A stretch of DNA of 41,381 nt from Atractiella rhizophila (lineage: Eukaryota): the NCBI GenBank assembly GCA_021432655.1, contig MU271589.1, forward strand, positions 1-41,381, in the 5' to 3' direction. Below the pieces are notes generated by a model. The model worked only from the letters and a program-made list of their open reading frames with translations, had not been told where the DNA came from and searched no databases. The position numbers and the translations under genes are program-made. Positions 9,345 to 21,113 of this stretch are shown one piece after another; position 1 is the first letter of the stretch, and every line of letters begins with the position of its first letter.

Positions 9345-11955
9345 ATGGCGGACATCGTAGAGATTGACATGGACGCTCCGGACGCGTCTGAGGTAGCGCT
9401 AGGTCCTCAAGTTAGATCTAGAGAGGATTTGAGACTCGAAAACGAACAAATTCGAGCGCAACGCGTCGCCGAAACGAGCTCAGAGACGCGTCCTTCGGGC
9501 GATGGCACATCTCAATCTGGTTTCTTGAACTCTGGCTTGTCGAAGGACGAGTTTATGATCCTTTTTAGCGAAGGCACGAAGCTAGACAACCACGAAAGAA
9601 ATCTCATCGACTTTGTCTCGGCTTGGGAATCAATGGACGAATTAGCAAAGCTGACACAGGGCAGGATGAAAAAGTGGTTTGGCGAACACAGATGGTTGTC
9701 TAAAGGAGGTCAAGGAGAGTGGTTTCCTTATTCAAAACCACCCCCTCAGCGTTTCCAACCTCCTACTCCTCCCACGGTCATTGATGAGGACATCGACGAG
9801 TCGGTAACTCAACCTCTCCTTGACGGCAAACGCAACCCTAACCAGGCTCACAACCCTTCCTCCACGCTCAACACCGCCCCCACCGCTCCGCCTCCCGACA
9901 AAACGCTCAAAGCCTCAGATACGTTCAAAATCGCTTCTACGTTAGTTCAGCGCTTCAGCCTCGGAGAAATCGAATGGATCCAACTCTGCGACTCTTTTGC
10001 CCTGTCCACGCGCGAAATCGAGCTTCTAACCCATGTCAAACGAATCGTCGATGTGGAAATTTCAGGCTTTAAATCTCTCAACGCTAGTCTTTCCGATTAC
10101 ATCGCCGATATCCAGCAAGAACTTTGCACTGTCATGGCCCGCGAGCGTGTTGCAAAGAAAGAACTCGCGAAACTACTCCCCGGCTCCTTAGAAGACACAC
10201 ATCCTCCCATCCGCCCTCCAAAACGGCCAGCTTCCCCCTTCCAAATCCCAGTTACCACAGAACAATTCGAGGAAGCTAGAAAGAAAGCTAGATTACTCCC
10301 ATCTGGGAACGTCGCCCCCAAACCAGTCGAAGCCGACGAAGATCAAAAATCTAGGAGAGACCGCCTAAACGCGCATATAGCGAATTTAACCGACCCTTTA
10401 GTCAAAGTGAATTTGAACCTCAGCCCAGACGATGAACTTATGGTGAGTCCCTCTCTTCTACCATTTTCTCACACCTTCTATTTAGTTACTCGCTACTCCT
10501 CTGTCTTCTCCATATCCCTTCCTTCCCCGATCCTCCCTTCCACGCGGCCAAATGGGCCATTACTCGTTAATCGCGGCCAAATGGGCCATTACTCGTTAAT
10601 CGCAGCCAAATGGGCTATTCCTTGCATCCAAAAGGGCTCTGCATCCCTAGCCAAATGGGCTCTACCTTTCTAGCCAAATGGGCTTCACCTTCATAGCCAA
10701 ATGGGCTCTACCTTCCTAGCCAAATGGGCTCCATGTTTTTAGCCAAATGGGCTCTACCTTATTAGCCAAGATGGGCTCTACCTTACTAGCCAAACGGGCT
10801 CTACCTTCCTAACCAAATGGGCCCTACCTCTTTCATAGAATCGAAGCGCCTTACGTTACAACCAATTGAACCTCACAATCTGCCTTTCAATTCTTTTGAG
10901 CTAATCTCATTTTGCCCTTTCCCTAGACCGAACATCCCCAACTCCAGCACTGGCTCTTGAAAAATCCCCACGCCTATGTCCCCATCATTGCCCTTGCCGG
11001 AAAAGATAGGAAGAAACTCGAGGACTCCTTCACTAAAAGTTCAGCAGCCCTCAATTCATCTGACGCATCTGTCCAGGAGAAGGCTCACAAGGCCTTGGGA
11101 GCGAAAATCCTCAAAGACTTTGAGGCCGTGGAAATGTCGATCTGTAGGCAAACCTGGGAGCTCTGGTATCGCTGGTTACTCGACGTCCTTGAGACCAACG
11201 ATAGGCAAGTAGATGCCGGCTACGCTCCCCTCCTTCGACCATTCTTCAACTGGCTCTGCTCCAGACACGACAAACTCAGGCGTGAGGATGAATCAAGTGA
11301 CGGTTGGGCAGCCATTCTCGCCACTGATATCGAAATCCGAAAGAACCATGCCGCCGCCCCTAATTGCCACCTAGGGACTTCGGATCGTTGGGAGAAGATT
11401 TTCCAAAGATGGTACTTCAAATATCTGGGTCAAACCGCAAAGAGCGATACGGTCGCTTCCACTTGGGTTGACGCTTTCGGAAACCCCCTCTTGAAATCGG
11501 CCGCCCCTTCGTCCTCTGACAAACCTAACACTAAAGGCCCCTCCAACTACATTTCTGGAAACCCCTTTCGTCCGAACTCCAACCCCTCCGATTCATATCG
11601 CCCTAACTACCGCCAATCAAACCAGAAGGACAGGGATAAAGAAGGGAGTACTCCCTTTCATGGAGAAAACGACGGCACCCTTCCCTGCATCAGATGCAAC
11701 AACCCTGGCCACGTCGTCAAGGAGTGCAAAGCAAAGAAAATCGCTAATTGCCCCTCGTCGAAAAAGGATCTCGCCGCCTCCACTCAGCAGGATGGCAAAC
11801 TGCTCCGTCAAAGAGACGGTAGCAAGATTTGCTTCTTCCATCAACAGCGCTCTGGCTGCAAGTGGGGAGAGAGATGCCTTGGTGGACTCCATATTTGTTC
11901 CCTCTGCGAAAGAGACAATTGTGGAGCTTCTCGACACGCTCCCCGTCCCCATTGA
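9345..11955 (+). CDS. Gag-like ORF1 of the YR element (exons 9345-10442, 10927-11955; ~708 aa)
   Basis: Phase-0 intron GTGAGT...GCTAAT...CCCTAG joins the two ORFs in frame; CCHC knuckle CIRCNNPGHVVKEC followed by a Cys/His cluster ICFFHQQRSGCKWGERCLGGLHICSLC. Confidence 0.82.
10543..10829 (+). repeat. Minisatellite inside the gag intron (~12 units, core GCCAAATGGGC, period 29 then ~23 bp)
   Basis: cgcggccaaatgggccattactcgttaat twice, then about ten tagccaaatgggctctaccttNN-type units. Confidence 0.95.
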
Positions 11956-13809
11956 GGTTCCCTTTCCTGTTTTCGAACCAACAGTTTCAATTCAATTCCC
12001 TGGTATCCCCTCGCATCAAATTATCTCACCTTAACAACGCCTCCGAATTTCGCAATCTTATAATCGAGTGCGGGCTACAACACCAATTTCTTAACGACAA
12101 AGTCAATATCCCTTACGGCATTACTAACGGTTTCGATCTCGGTATAGTCAACATCGACCCTATAAAAATCATCGCTCCGAACACGTCCCTCTCCAAAATG
12201 CGTCCCCGAGCAAATTCAATTCGTGAAGACTTTTTGCGAAGAAGAAAAAAAGAACTAGGACGGCTTCTCGGCCCCTTCTCCGAAATCGATTTGGATAATC
12301 ATTTCAATGGCCTTTGGCGCACCAGCCCCATCACAGTTGTCGACAAAGCCGGAGCACCGGGAGAATTTCGCTTGGTAATCGATTTCTCGCGCGATGCTTC
12401 ATTAAAAGCCCCAGATGGTACCATCACTAAGTTCGCCTCCATCAACTCCTTCATTAATCCAGACGACTTCCCATGCGAATGGACCACCTTCTCTGACACA
12501 TTAGCTCTTTTCCTCTCCCTCCCAGAAGACTCTGAAGCCCTAGTTCTCGATGTCAAAGCCGCATTTCGTACCTTCTCTACCCATCCGAAATCTCGTCCCT
12601 TTCTCTGCTTTCAAGACTTCGACGGCAACTTCTGGTCCGATTCCGTGGGCTCCTTTGGCGTCTCCTCGTGTCCAGGCATTTTCGGACAAATTGACGACTG
12701 TTGGGTAGAGATAGTTAGGTCTAAAGTGTGTAAGTTGGTAGTGAAATGGGTCGATGATCACGTTCTCTCTCTTCCGTTTCGCATTCCCTGGGTGTATCCT
12801 GGGATAAGGAGGATCTTCTCCCTCTACTCCAGCGCCTCGGGGTCCACATGCATCCCAAAAAGTGCTTCGACTTCGCGCCGGTCTTCAAGTACATCGGCTT
12901 CATCTGGGACATCAAAAATAAATCCGTCTCTTTACCCCGCCTCAAATTCTTAAAGGCTATTTTTACTCGTATCCTTCTGGCTCAACGATGGTTTCACATT
13001 TCAAAGAAATGATGCGTTCGTGTCTTTACCCCTTCCCTCTTCGCCACCTATCATTGCAGAAGCTGACCCCGCTTAGAGAATCGTTGCAGGGCTTTCTTTC
13101 ACACATCGTACCCATCTTCCCCTTCCTTCGCCCTTACTTGCGCAAAGTCTATAAACTCACAGCGGCCTTTATCGAAAAAGAAAAGCGCGTTAGTAAGGCT
13201 TACTCCTCTTCGATTCGACTTAACGTTGCCGACCCTCTGCGACGAGACCTCCTTTTCTGGTTCGACACCCTATTGTCTTCCCCACCGATCCTCTTCCCCA
13301 GCAACCCAAATTCAGTTTTACGTTTGCAATGGTTCGGCGACTCTTCCACTTCGTGGGGTTGTGCTTCCTTACTAGGCTTTCGCTGGTCAGCTTGGAAGTG
13401 GACTTTGCAGAAGCCAGAAAGAAAAATCGGCCTTGGAGAGACTTTGGCAGTCGAACTTGGAATTTACCTCCTTCACTCGCTCGCTTCGTCACCACAACAC
13501 CCTCTCAACAAACCCCAAACCAGCCTCCGCGCAGTCGAAGTCCTCACAGATAATATGGGGGTCCTGGGTATTTTGGAAAAAGGCTGGGCTGATAACGAAG
13601 AACACAACGACTCGTTAAAACAAATCTTCGCCACCTGTCGTTCTCTTAACATCGTTCTCATTCCTGTTTATGTACGTTCTGAAGACAATCTCGCTGATCT
13701 CCCCTCTCGTGGTATTTTCTCTTCTCTAGATTCATCAGATTTTGTTAGCATTCAGCCTCCGTCCTCACTTTCCTCTGTTGTTGTGGGTTTCCCCGTTGCA
13801 CCTTATTAG
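11660..13809 (+). CDS. Reverse transcriptase-RNase H (pol) of the YR element; frameshifted in this assembly; predicted intron 13016-13076
   Basis: Motifs FRLVIDFS, LDVKAAFR, SFGVSSCPGIFG, WVDD, YIGFIWD (shifted frame); RNase H acidic residues in FGDSS, GETLAV, TDN, NLADLPSRG; indels near 12033, 12770-12800 and ~12970; start codon uncertain. Confidence 0.88.
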
Positions 13810-14063
13810 CTTATTTCTCATGTCTCATTTCACTTCCTGTTGAAACCATCTACACTCCCATCACTTCATCTCGTATTCCCGCTCATCTCAGTAGCATCTT
13901 TATCTCACATAGCATTATCTTATCTCAGCCCGCCTCGTCTGTGTAATCATATTAGTTGTAGCCCATTTTTGAGTCACGCTTAGAAGTGGAATGCTCACTC
14001 ACTCATATCAGTACACTCTCCTCCCCCCTGACCTTCTTGCTCCCCTTGTTTTTTTTTCACACC

Positions 14064-15716
14064 ATGTTCAAAAATTACCCTCCTCCCCCTCGCACCTCCA
14101 CCAGAACCTCCCGACGCCCACAAACAATCATACCCCCTCAACCTCTCACCGCACCGTCCGAAAGAGACAAAGCACGCCTTTTGCCTTACTTTCCAACTTC
14201 ACATCTAAATCAGGACTGCGATTTCTCGAGACTTCTCTCAGATTTTGCCCAAGCGGTTTCAGAACTAGACAGTTTTAAACTCGGCAGCAATCCCTTAACA
14301 CCCAAAGTCAAAGCCTCGGAAAGGATGTTTTGTTGGTCAGGTATCTTCTTCTAGTGCATTGTCTCTTTCCACATTGCATTAACACAGTTCCGCTCAACAA
14401 TAGGCCCTTCCATACCCTCCCAAGGACACCTCATTATTAACCATCCTGTCATCACTCATCTCCAAAAACTCGCGACCAAGAACGCCTGGGCCCCCGCAAC
14501 TTTGGAAACCTACTCCTCTGCACTCCCCGAGTTTATGGAATTCTGCGATAAAATGGGAATTCCCCACTACCAACGCTTCCCTATGACCCCCCAGTTGGTT
14601 TCCTCCTTCGTTTTATGGGCTTCTGGCCCCAAGGATTCATACCCTGGCGCATTGGGTCCGAAGAAGGAGATCGCTGTTAGCACGGCCACAGGCTACGTCA
14701 GTGCCTTTCGCGCATGGCACTTCATTCAGGGTTACCCTTGGGTATGGGACGACAAACCCCATGAACTCGTTCTATGGAGTCGCGGACTCGCCCGGCTCCA
14801 GGGAAACTCCCATAAGAAGCCCCCTCGCCCCGCCATAACTCTGCAGATGATCTCCCTTCTCATCGACAATCTCAGTCACGACGATTGCTTCGACGCCGCG
14901 GTTCTAGCCTGCGCCTTGGTCACCTTCTTTAGTCTCTTCCGCCTGGGGGAAACCACAGTTCGCAGCGTCCGCAATTACGACCCACTAGACGCGATCACCA
15001 GGAAAGATGTCGTCTATCATCTATCACCCGATGGTATCCCCTTTTACAAAATCCTCCTTCGTCACGACAAGACGCTGGACGTGAGTGACATCCGTATCTT
15101 GCGTTTCGTGCAATTAAGGGTTGGCAAATGGTGGATTATGGATCTTGTCAACAATCATCTAGCCCGCAATCTCTCCTCCGATCCAGACGCACATTTCTTC
15201 GGCTACTTCTCTTCCAAGTCCAAGTCGTTTCGTCCTCTCACCAAAGACGCATACATCACCCGTGTCAACCAAGTTTGGTCTACCTTTGGTTACCCTCACA
15301 TAACCGGTCACAGTCATCGCATTGGTGGCGCTTCCTTAATGCTTAACCTGGGATTCGAAATCGAGTTTATTCGCATCATCGGCCGCTGGAAGTCTATCTC
15401 TTATGCCCTTTACCTGCGTCTCTTGGACGAGTTTATTCCCAACAGCTTAGCTAAAATGACATTCCTTATCGACATGAAGAACCGTTCCCAATTCGCTCCC
15501 TCCCTCACGTCAAACCCTCAGGTCATCAAAGATCTGGCCGTTTTGGAACAGCCTTACCTCGACACCTTCCAACAGTCGTCCTCTTCAAAGGGAAGAAACA
15601 TCGCAAAGAAAGTCGAAGCTGCTCAGTCCCGTTCCATCAAGGAAAGGAAACTTGCAACGGTCAAAAATGACGCAGCTCACTTTAGGCTGGGAGCTGGTCG
15701 TGCCTCTCATGGGTAG
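14064..15716 (+). CDS. Tyrosine recombinase of the YR element (exons 14064-14340, 14404-15716; ~529 aa)
   Basis: Catalytic R (LFRLGET), HxxR (GHSHRIGG), W (GRWKS), Y (YALYLR); N-terminal AWAPATLETYSSAL..F..FCD; 63-bp GT-AG intron contains an in-frame TAG. Confidence 0.93.
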
Positions 15717-15758
15717 GTCAGAGCGCTAGCTGCTCTCCCAGGCACTCGCAGCCTTTTG

Positions 15759-15922
15759 GGGTAAGCGCTTCTGCCCTTTTCAGCGGGGTCTTGCGCTTTG
15801 TAGTCGAACAAAACAATAGTTAGTTATTCATTTCTTTCATCCTCTATTTCGACTACAAAGTGCAACAACCCACACATCGCTCTATAGTATAAAGCAAAGT
15901 TGCCATCCTCAGCTTGCACAAA
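15759..15922 (+). repeat. Split direct repeat B1 (164 bp)
   Basis: Matches 16500-16664 with 3 substitutions and 1 indel; holds an 18-bp stem (15791-15808 / 15848-15865). Confidence 0.95.
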
Positions 15923-16369
15923 AGATCACATAGTCTTTTTGAACTTGAAGATCTCATTGGGCTATCTCAGTGATTCGAACTTGAGTCAATACAAACAAAT
16001 TCTGATATACGATTGGCAAAAGCAATTACAGGTGAACGAGCCGTGATGAACGCCGAAATTCGAAACAAAGGATAAGCTGACATCATCAAACGAATTAAGC
16101 CCAGAAGATCTAACATGACGATATAGCAGTTATTGGGTTCAGAGGCACAGTCAATAGATTTACAAAGAATCTATACAAAATAGAGGCAGTCTAAGACCTG
16201 CGAGGAGATTGTCGTAGAGGCTAAGTGGCAAGTCAAAACGAGAGGCACTTTGTAAAGAAGGCTCACAGTGTGAATGGGAGAACGAGTCTTTGCCGGAGTC
16301 TTTCCGGCAGCAGTCTTTTTGTTGCCAGTTTTACTGGGTGCTTTGCCCACTGTCTTCCCCGAAAAAAAA

Positions 16370-16433
16370 CCTCACGATCAGGTCTGCTGCTCCTCACTCG
16401 CAAGCAGTCTTCATACGCGTTCTCTTTTTAAGT
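16370..16433 (+). repeat. Split direct repeat A2
   Basis: Identical to 9162-9225; preceded by A8. Confidence 0.95.
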
Positions 16434-16499
16434 CCCACCCACCCGTCCCCTTGCTTCCTCCAAGTCTATAGAGCGTACTATCCAAATCCTCGTTGGTCA

Positions 16500-16664
16500 G
16501 GGTGAGCGCTTCTGCCCTTTTTCAGCGGGGTCTTGCGCTTTGTAGTCGAACAAAACAATAGTTAGTTATTCATTTCTTTCATCCTCTATTTCGACTACAA
16601 AGTGCAACAACCCACACATCGCCCCATAGTATAAAGCAAAGTTGCCATCCTCAGCTTGCACAAA
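16500..16664 (+). repeat. Split direct repeat B2 (probable right end of element)
   Basis: Copy of 15759-15922 ending cctcagcttgcacaaa. Confidence 0.95.
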
Positions 16665-17130
16665 TGGTAGGTGCCAACTCCATTATCTCATAAGTATACT
16701 ACACTGGGGCTTATTGTCCTTCTAATCACAACGTCGCCTCCAAGATTTCTTTATATCACGGATGTCAATATAACGTCAGAGTTCAAATCACAGTCTGTGT
16801 CTGGAACTTGATATTCGCTCCAGCCCAAGCACCCGCAGGCGACCTTAGATGTTTATGTCGAAACAGAAGCTCTCAAGTATGCGGTTTTACCAGTGCATGA
16901 AAGCACAATGTTTGAGGACTTATTGTCTCGACGTCTTGATGCATTCGACTCTGAGAGTTCAGTTTTCGAGTTTCTGGCCTCAATGACTTGCTCGGGTTCG
17001 TAACAATTGGGATGTGATTTTACGCGACAGCTCTTCAATTTTCTGACTTTAAATTGGCATTCAACTCGACTTACAATACATTACTCCGTTGACATACTCT
17101 TTATCTTGACTGATTCTCCTGTTGTAGACC

Positions 17131-18256
17131 ATGAGTTCAAAATTTGGCCGCTCACCCGATCCTGCTATTCAATCCATAACGTCTACTATTCCCTCTCTCT
17201 CGACCTATAAATTGACACAGACCCATGTCTTATCCTCACTCTGGTCAAATTATGGATCGATCGCTCGTCTTGTATTCTCGCCTCCTCTCAGTCTAATTCT
17301 CAAACGGGTGTCTCCCCCTCCTGCTAAGGGAAAGAAGGCGGACGAGAGCCACTTGCGAAAACTTCTCTCGTACGAAATCGAGAGCTGGTTCTACGCTCAC
17401 CTTGCTCCCGAATTATCTCTCCACGCCGAGGCTGGTGATTGCAATATCGCAAAGTGTTATTCTTCAACACGGTCTAAGGAAGGAAACATCGAGTTGCTGA
17501 TGGAGGATTTGAGCGTCTCTTTCCCTGAGAGTCTGTACGAGTTTGATCTGGAACAAACGCTGGTGGCGTTGAGATGGCTGGCTTGCTTCCATGCCACTTT
17601 TTGGAGTAACCCAGCGAAGGAGGCCGCGAAGATTAGGCCGCCCCTTGAATACAACAACGGAGGTGAACAAACTGGAGGAGTGTGGACGCAAGGTGGATAT
17701 TGGTATTTAGACACAAGGAAAAGCGAGCTGAAAGGCGTCCGTAATAAACTCTTACTCAAATGGGTAGAACCAGTCCGTTACTTCTCTAATACTCTTCGCT
17801 TCTTCACATGATAATATCACGCAGCTCGATAAAATCATCAAGGAAGAAAGCAAGAACTATGGAACGCTAGTCCACGGCGATCCAAAAGGCGAAAACATCC
17901 TTTTCTCTCCCTCATCCGACCCCAGTCCAACCTGCGCCATGTACGACTTCCAATATGTCGGTCTCTCTCTGCCCACCCGCGACCTGGTCTACTTTCTCTG
18001 TACGACTGCCTCCTTGTCAGTTCTTTCGTCTGTAGACAACTTACTCGATTATTACCTCTCCATCCTGCTGGAGAAGAACCCTAATATCGAGTACAAGCAA
18101 GAAAGGCTCAAGTTTCATTGGGAACTCATGGTGGTCGATTGGTACAGGTTCATGGAGGGATGGGGTAGGTGGGGTTCATTCAGATGGGTTGAAGAGAGGG
18201 CGGAGGAGGTTTTGAAGAGGTGGGAAAAGGACGGAGGAATTGCCATCAATGCTTGA
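17131..18256 (+). CDS. EcKinase/APH/choline-kinase-like phosphotransferase
   Basis: Intron 17773-17824; motifs LILKRV, SYEIE..FY, LLMEDL, LACFHA, HGDPKGENILF, YDFQY. Confidence 0.85.
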
Positions 18257-18573
18257 CAGTTTAAACTCAACTCATTAATCATAGCATCGGCCTCCAGTCC
18301 AACTTGCATGGGCTTGTCGGAAAGTTGTCTCACGAGTCACACAGGCATGAGGACCAAAGGCGGTATAAGCGCAGACCAAAGAGAAGTGACGCAGAATAAA
18401 ATAGGTGAAATGCATTGATTTATCAAAACGTAGTATGTATACGAAAAGATTGATCGTTCAGGTGAGAGCGGGGAAGCCAGCCATGAATTGATAGCCTGGC
18501 GACGAGGCGAGTGATATGAGCTCGTTCGACACACTCTCCATTATTATTGGCGTTGGCATTTCAGGCTCAACGT

Positions 18574-19036
18574 TTAACACTGTTTAGCCAACCAGATGTC
18601 TCATTAGGAAGGGCAAAGAGGAACGTAGGGACAGGACAAACCTCTGGTGCATTGCTGGCCGACGTGTTGATGATGAGCGCGACGATCAGACCGTACAGAC
18701 CCAAAACTTCCGCAAAAACTGACAGAGCATATCAATGTCCCAATCTTTTCCCAAACAATGAAGAAGCTAGGTGAGAAGGACGTACTGAGAATCAAAATCA
18801 TTCCGACGTAAAGCCTTGGCTGCTGAGCTGTTCCCCTGACCCCGGCGTCACCAACGATGCCTACCTTACCCTTGAGTACAGTCGACAGAAAACAACAGGG
18901 GACTCACCGATGGCGAATCCAGCTGCAAGACCTGCAAGTCCGACGGACAGACCTGCGCCGAGTTGAATGAAACCTTTGAAGAGGGGCATAGGGGAGGTGA
19001 TTTGGCCGGAGATGAGAACGGAGACGACGAGTCCAT
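18574..19036 (-). CDS. VMA3: V-ATPase 16 kDa proteolipid subunit c, 3' exons only
   Basis: [10 protein letters not shown]...[59 protein letters not shown]; first ~60 codons not found in window. Confidence 0.92.
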
Positions 19037-19069
19037 CTTTGTGAATTTGCATTATTCAGTACTACTCAC

Positions 19070-21113
19070 AAGAGAAGAAGACAAAGAGGTGGCGGAGGCT
19101 CCTCCTCTGGTCGGAAGTTGTAGGAGAAGCGAGCAAGCTGGAGACTCAGGAAGTTTGAAGGGTAAGGTCGGGAAACGGTGAGGAAGTTGCACCACACATG
19201 CTGAAGTAGGTTACGGCACTTTCGGACCCACTGCTCTATTTAAGGCTTGTTCGGCCACAGCCTTATCCTCCACCTCTTCCTGTACTTCGACAAGCGTTCG
19301 ACCAAGCAACGCTAAACTACCGAGTCTCTCCTTCTTCCATCCCGCTCCGCCTCTCACTTGCTAGGGTCAACGGCTTGTGCGAGACGTCCTGCTCTTCTCC
19401 CTTTACCAGACCCACCAAGGTAGGGTGAGGGAGCTGCCGCTCGCGTTACAATCGTCAGCCGCGCTCCAGCAGAGACTAGGACTAGAGACTCGGCTGTTTG
19501 AGCCAGAAGAACACCCTTCTCCTTGGCTCGAACTACCCTAAGCCTCTTTGTCCTCCAATGACTTTACAAATCTCCGGTCCTTTGCTCAAGAACCACCCTC
19601 TATGGTGGCCACGGCTGCTCTTGGTATGCCAGTCTCCACATCACTCAGAACTACATAAGAACATCCAGCCGTGCCCACTATCTGTACTACAAGCGTGCGC
19701 CAGGCTCTTATCAAACGGGTTCTCCAACTGGATTGCTTGTGTTCACTATGGTCTTGTAAGTTGGACTCGACAAACTCTGTTATTGCGCTTTTTTTGCTTG
19801 GAACCTTTCGCCAACGTACATTTACTAGTTTGTGTTGGAGGAGGTAAACGAAGAGGTGGAGAAGGTAGAGGGAGTCCTATTGTAGGGCAAGGGAGAGCTA
19901 CGAGGGGAGGAGGTTGAACCTTAAAACTTCTTATAGGCTCTACTCGAGGTCGTAGCAGCCCTGCAGAAAACTCTTTCTGAACCGTATCATTTGCCAGACA
20001 AGGGCCCTGCACATACGCAAGTTCACGGGAGGTTCCAAGAGCTGTTCGTCGAGCTCGCTCCAAACACCAGCTCAACTCCACGGAAACTTACGGTATACGA
20101 GGGATGTTGGCGTCAGTACAGTCTAGTAGGAAAGAGAGTGCGGAGTAGGCATATGACGTCTTCTCCAAACTTTGAGTGTCTTTCACCCGTTGTGGCAACA
20201 AGAAGAGCAAGAGGCGAGAACTTGGTCGCAGTTAGGTGTGGGGCTGACGTCGTTGGCATAGTGAAAACGAGGCGAAAGTTGTGTTTTATTGTTGTGTATG
20301 GGCATCGTCAGAATCGTGGAAAGGTAAGGAGACACCGATGCCATTCCGGTCTTCCCTCCCATCATTAAAGGCAGTGGCCGCTTCGTTGCGGAGGTTACCG
20401 GCACCGTATCAAGGAGCCCTCAACTCCTCAGTTTTGGGACCGTCCACGACCCGCATCCTTGAAAGGACGACTTCTCCTCGCATTTTCCCTCGCCCGCTCC
20501 CTTCCTGCGTATAACGCGAACCAACCAACCTTACACTAACCAAGCACCAAAAAACAGTCTGCGGCTTTCGCGTCGTAAACCCGAACCTCATGTGCTTGGT
20601 GGTGGAGTCAAGAAGTATGAGGAGTTAAGAGGTGAAAGCATAAGAGAGGAGCTCTTTATTATTTTTACAGCAGACTAGAAACAGGACATACAAGCGAAAG
20701 AGGGCAAACTTGCTTGCTTTGACTGCTACACCTTCCAGATGCGGGGAAAGAAACCACAATACCATGAGTCAGGAGAAGATGAAGTGTGATAGAACGATTT
20801 ATCGTTCCTTATATATCCCGACGTGGAGGCGGTAGCAGAAATGAACATACATAGAGGCGACGGCGGACAAGAACCCTCTCTCAACTTCAACCAACCCCGC
20901 TTCCATACCCACGAAGGATGCCTTGTAGGTTCAGGCCTCAACCGTAGTCGCGGTACCCTCAGGAAGCTGGACTGGAGGAGTAGTTTACATAGTAGGGGCA
21001 GCAGTACCGACCATAGTAACCACATGCATAGGGTGTGGCAGAGTGGAAGAGGTGTGACGCCGAGTAGCGCATTTGAAGAGGAAGTTGAGCGCGACACATC
21101 TAGACACTCGGGT
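19070..21113. other. Unassigned ~2 kb segment upstream of a VMA3 splice acceptor; possible mobile-element insertion
   Basis: No VMA3 or OAT 5' exons and no recognisable protein motifs; ends at the gap. Confidence 0.35.

Larger units (their letters stand above)
9113..16664 (+). mobile_element. Tyrosine-recombinase retrotransposon (Ngaro/DIRS class) with split direct repeats and predicted introns
   Basis: gag with Zn fingers, RT, RNase H and YR in order; repeats A (9162-9225, 16370-16433) and B (15759-15922, 16500-16664); no LTRs, DDE integrase or methyltransferase seen; left end uncertain between 9113 and 9162. Confidence 0.93.

Noticed and set aside
10543..10829. CRISPR-like array
   Set aside because: Linkers are only ~10-16 nt and related to each other, the locus is eukaryotic and no cas genes are present; it is a minisatellite
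15923..16260. Group I intron or hammerhead ribozyme in the B1-A2 spacer
   Set aside because: gttcagaggc and aagatcacatagtc only loosely resemble R and S elements and are in the wrong order; no CUGANGA-stem-GAAA core found
20244..20280. Hammerhead-like ctgacg...gaaa
   Set aside because: Core deviates (CUGACGU) and stems I and III cannot be formed
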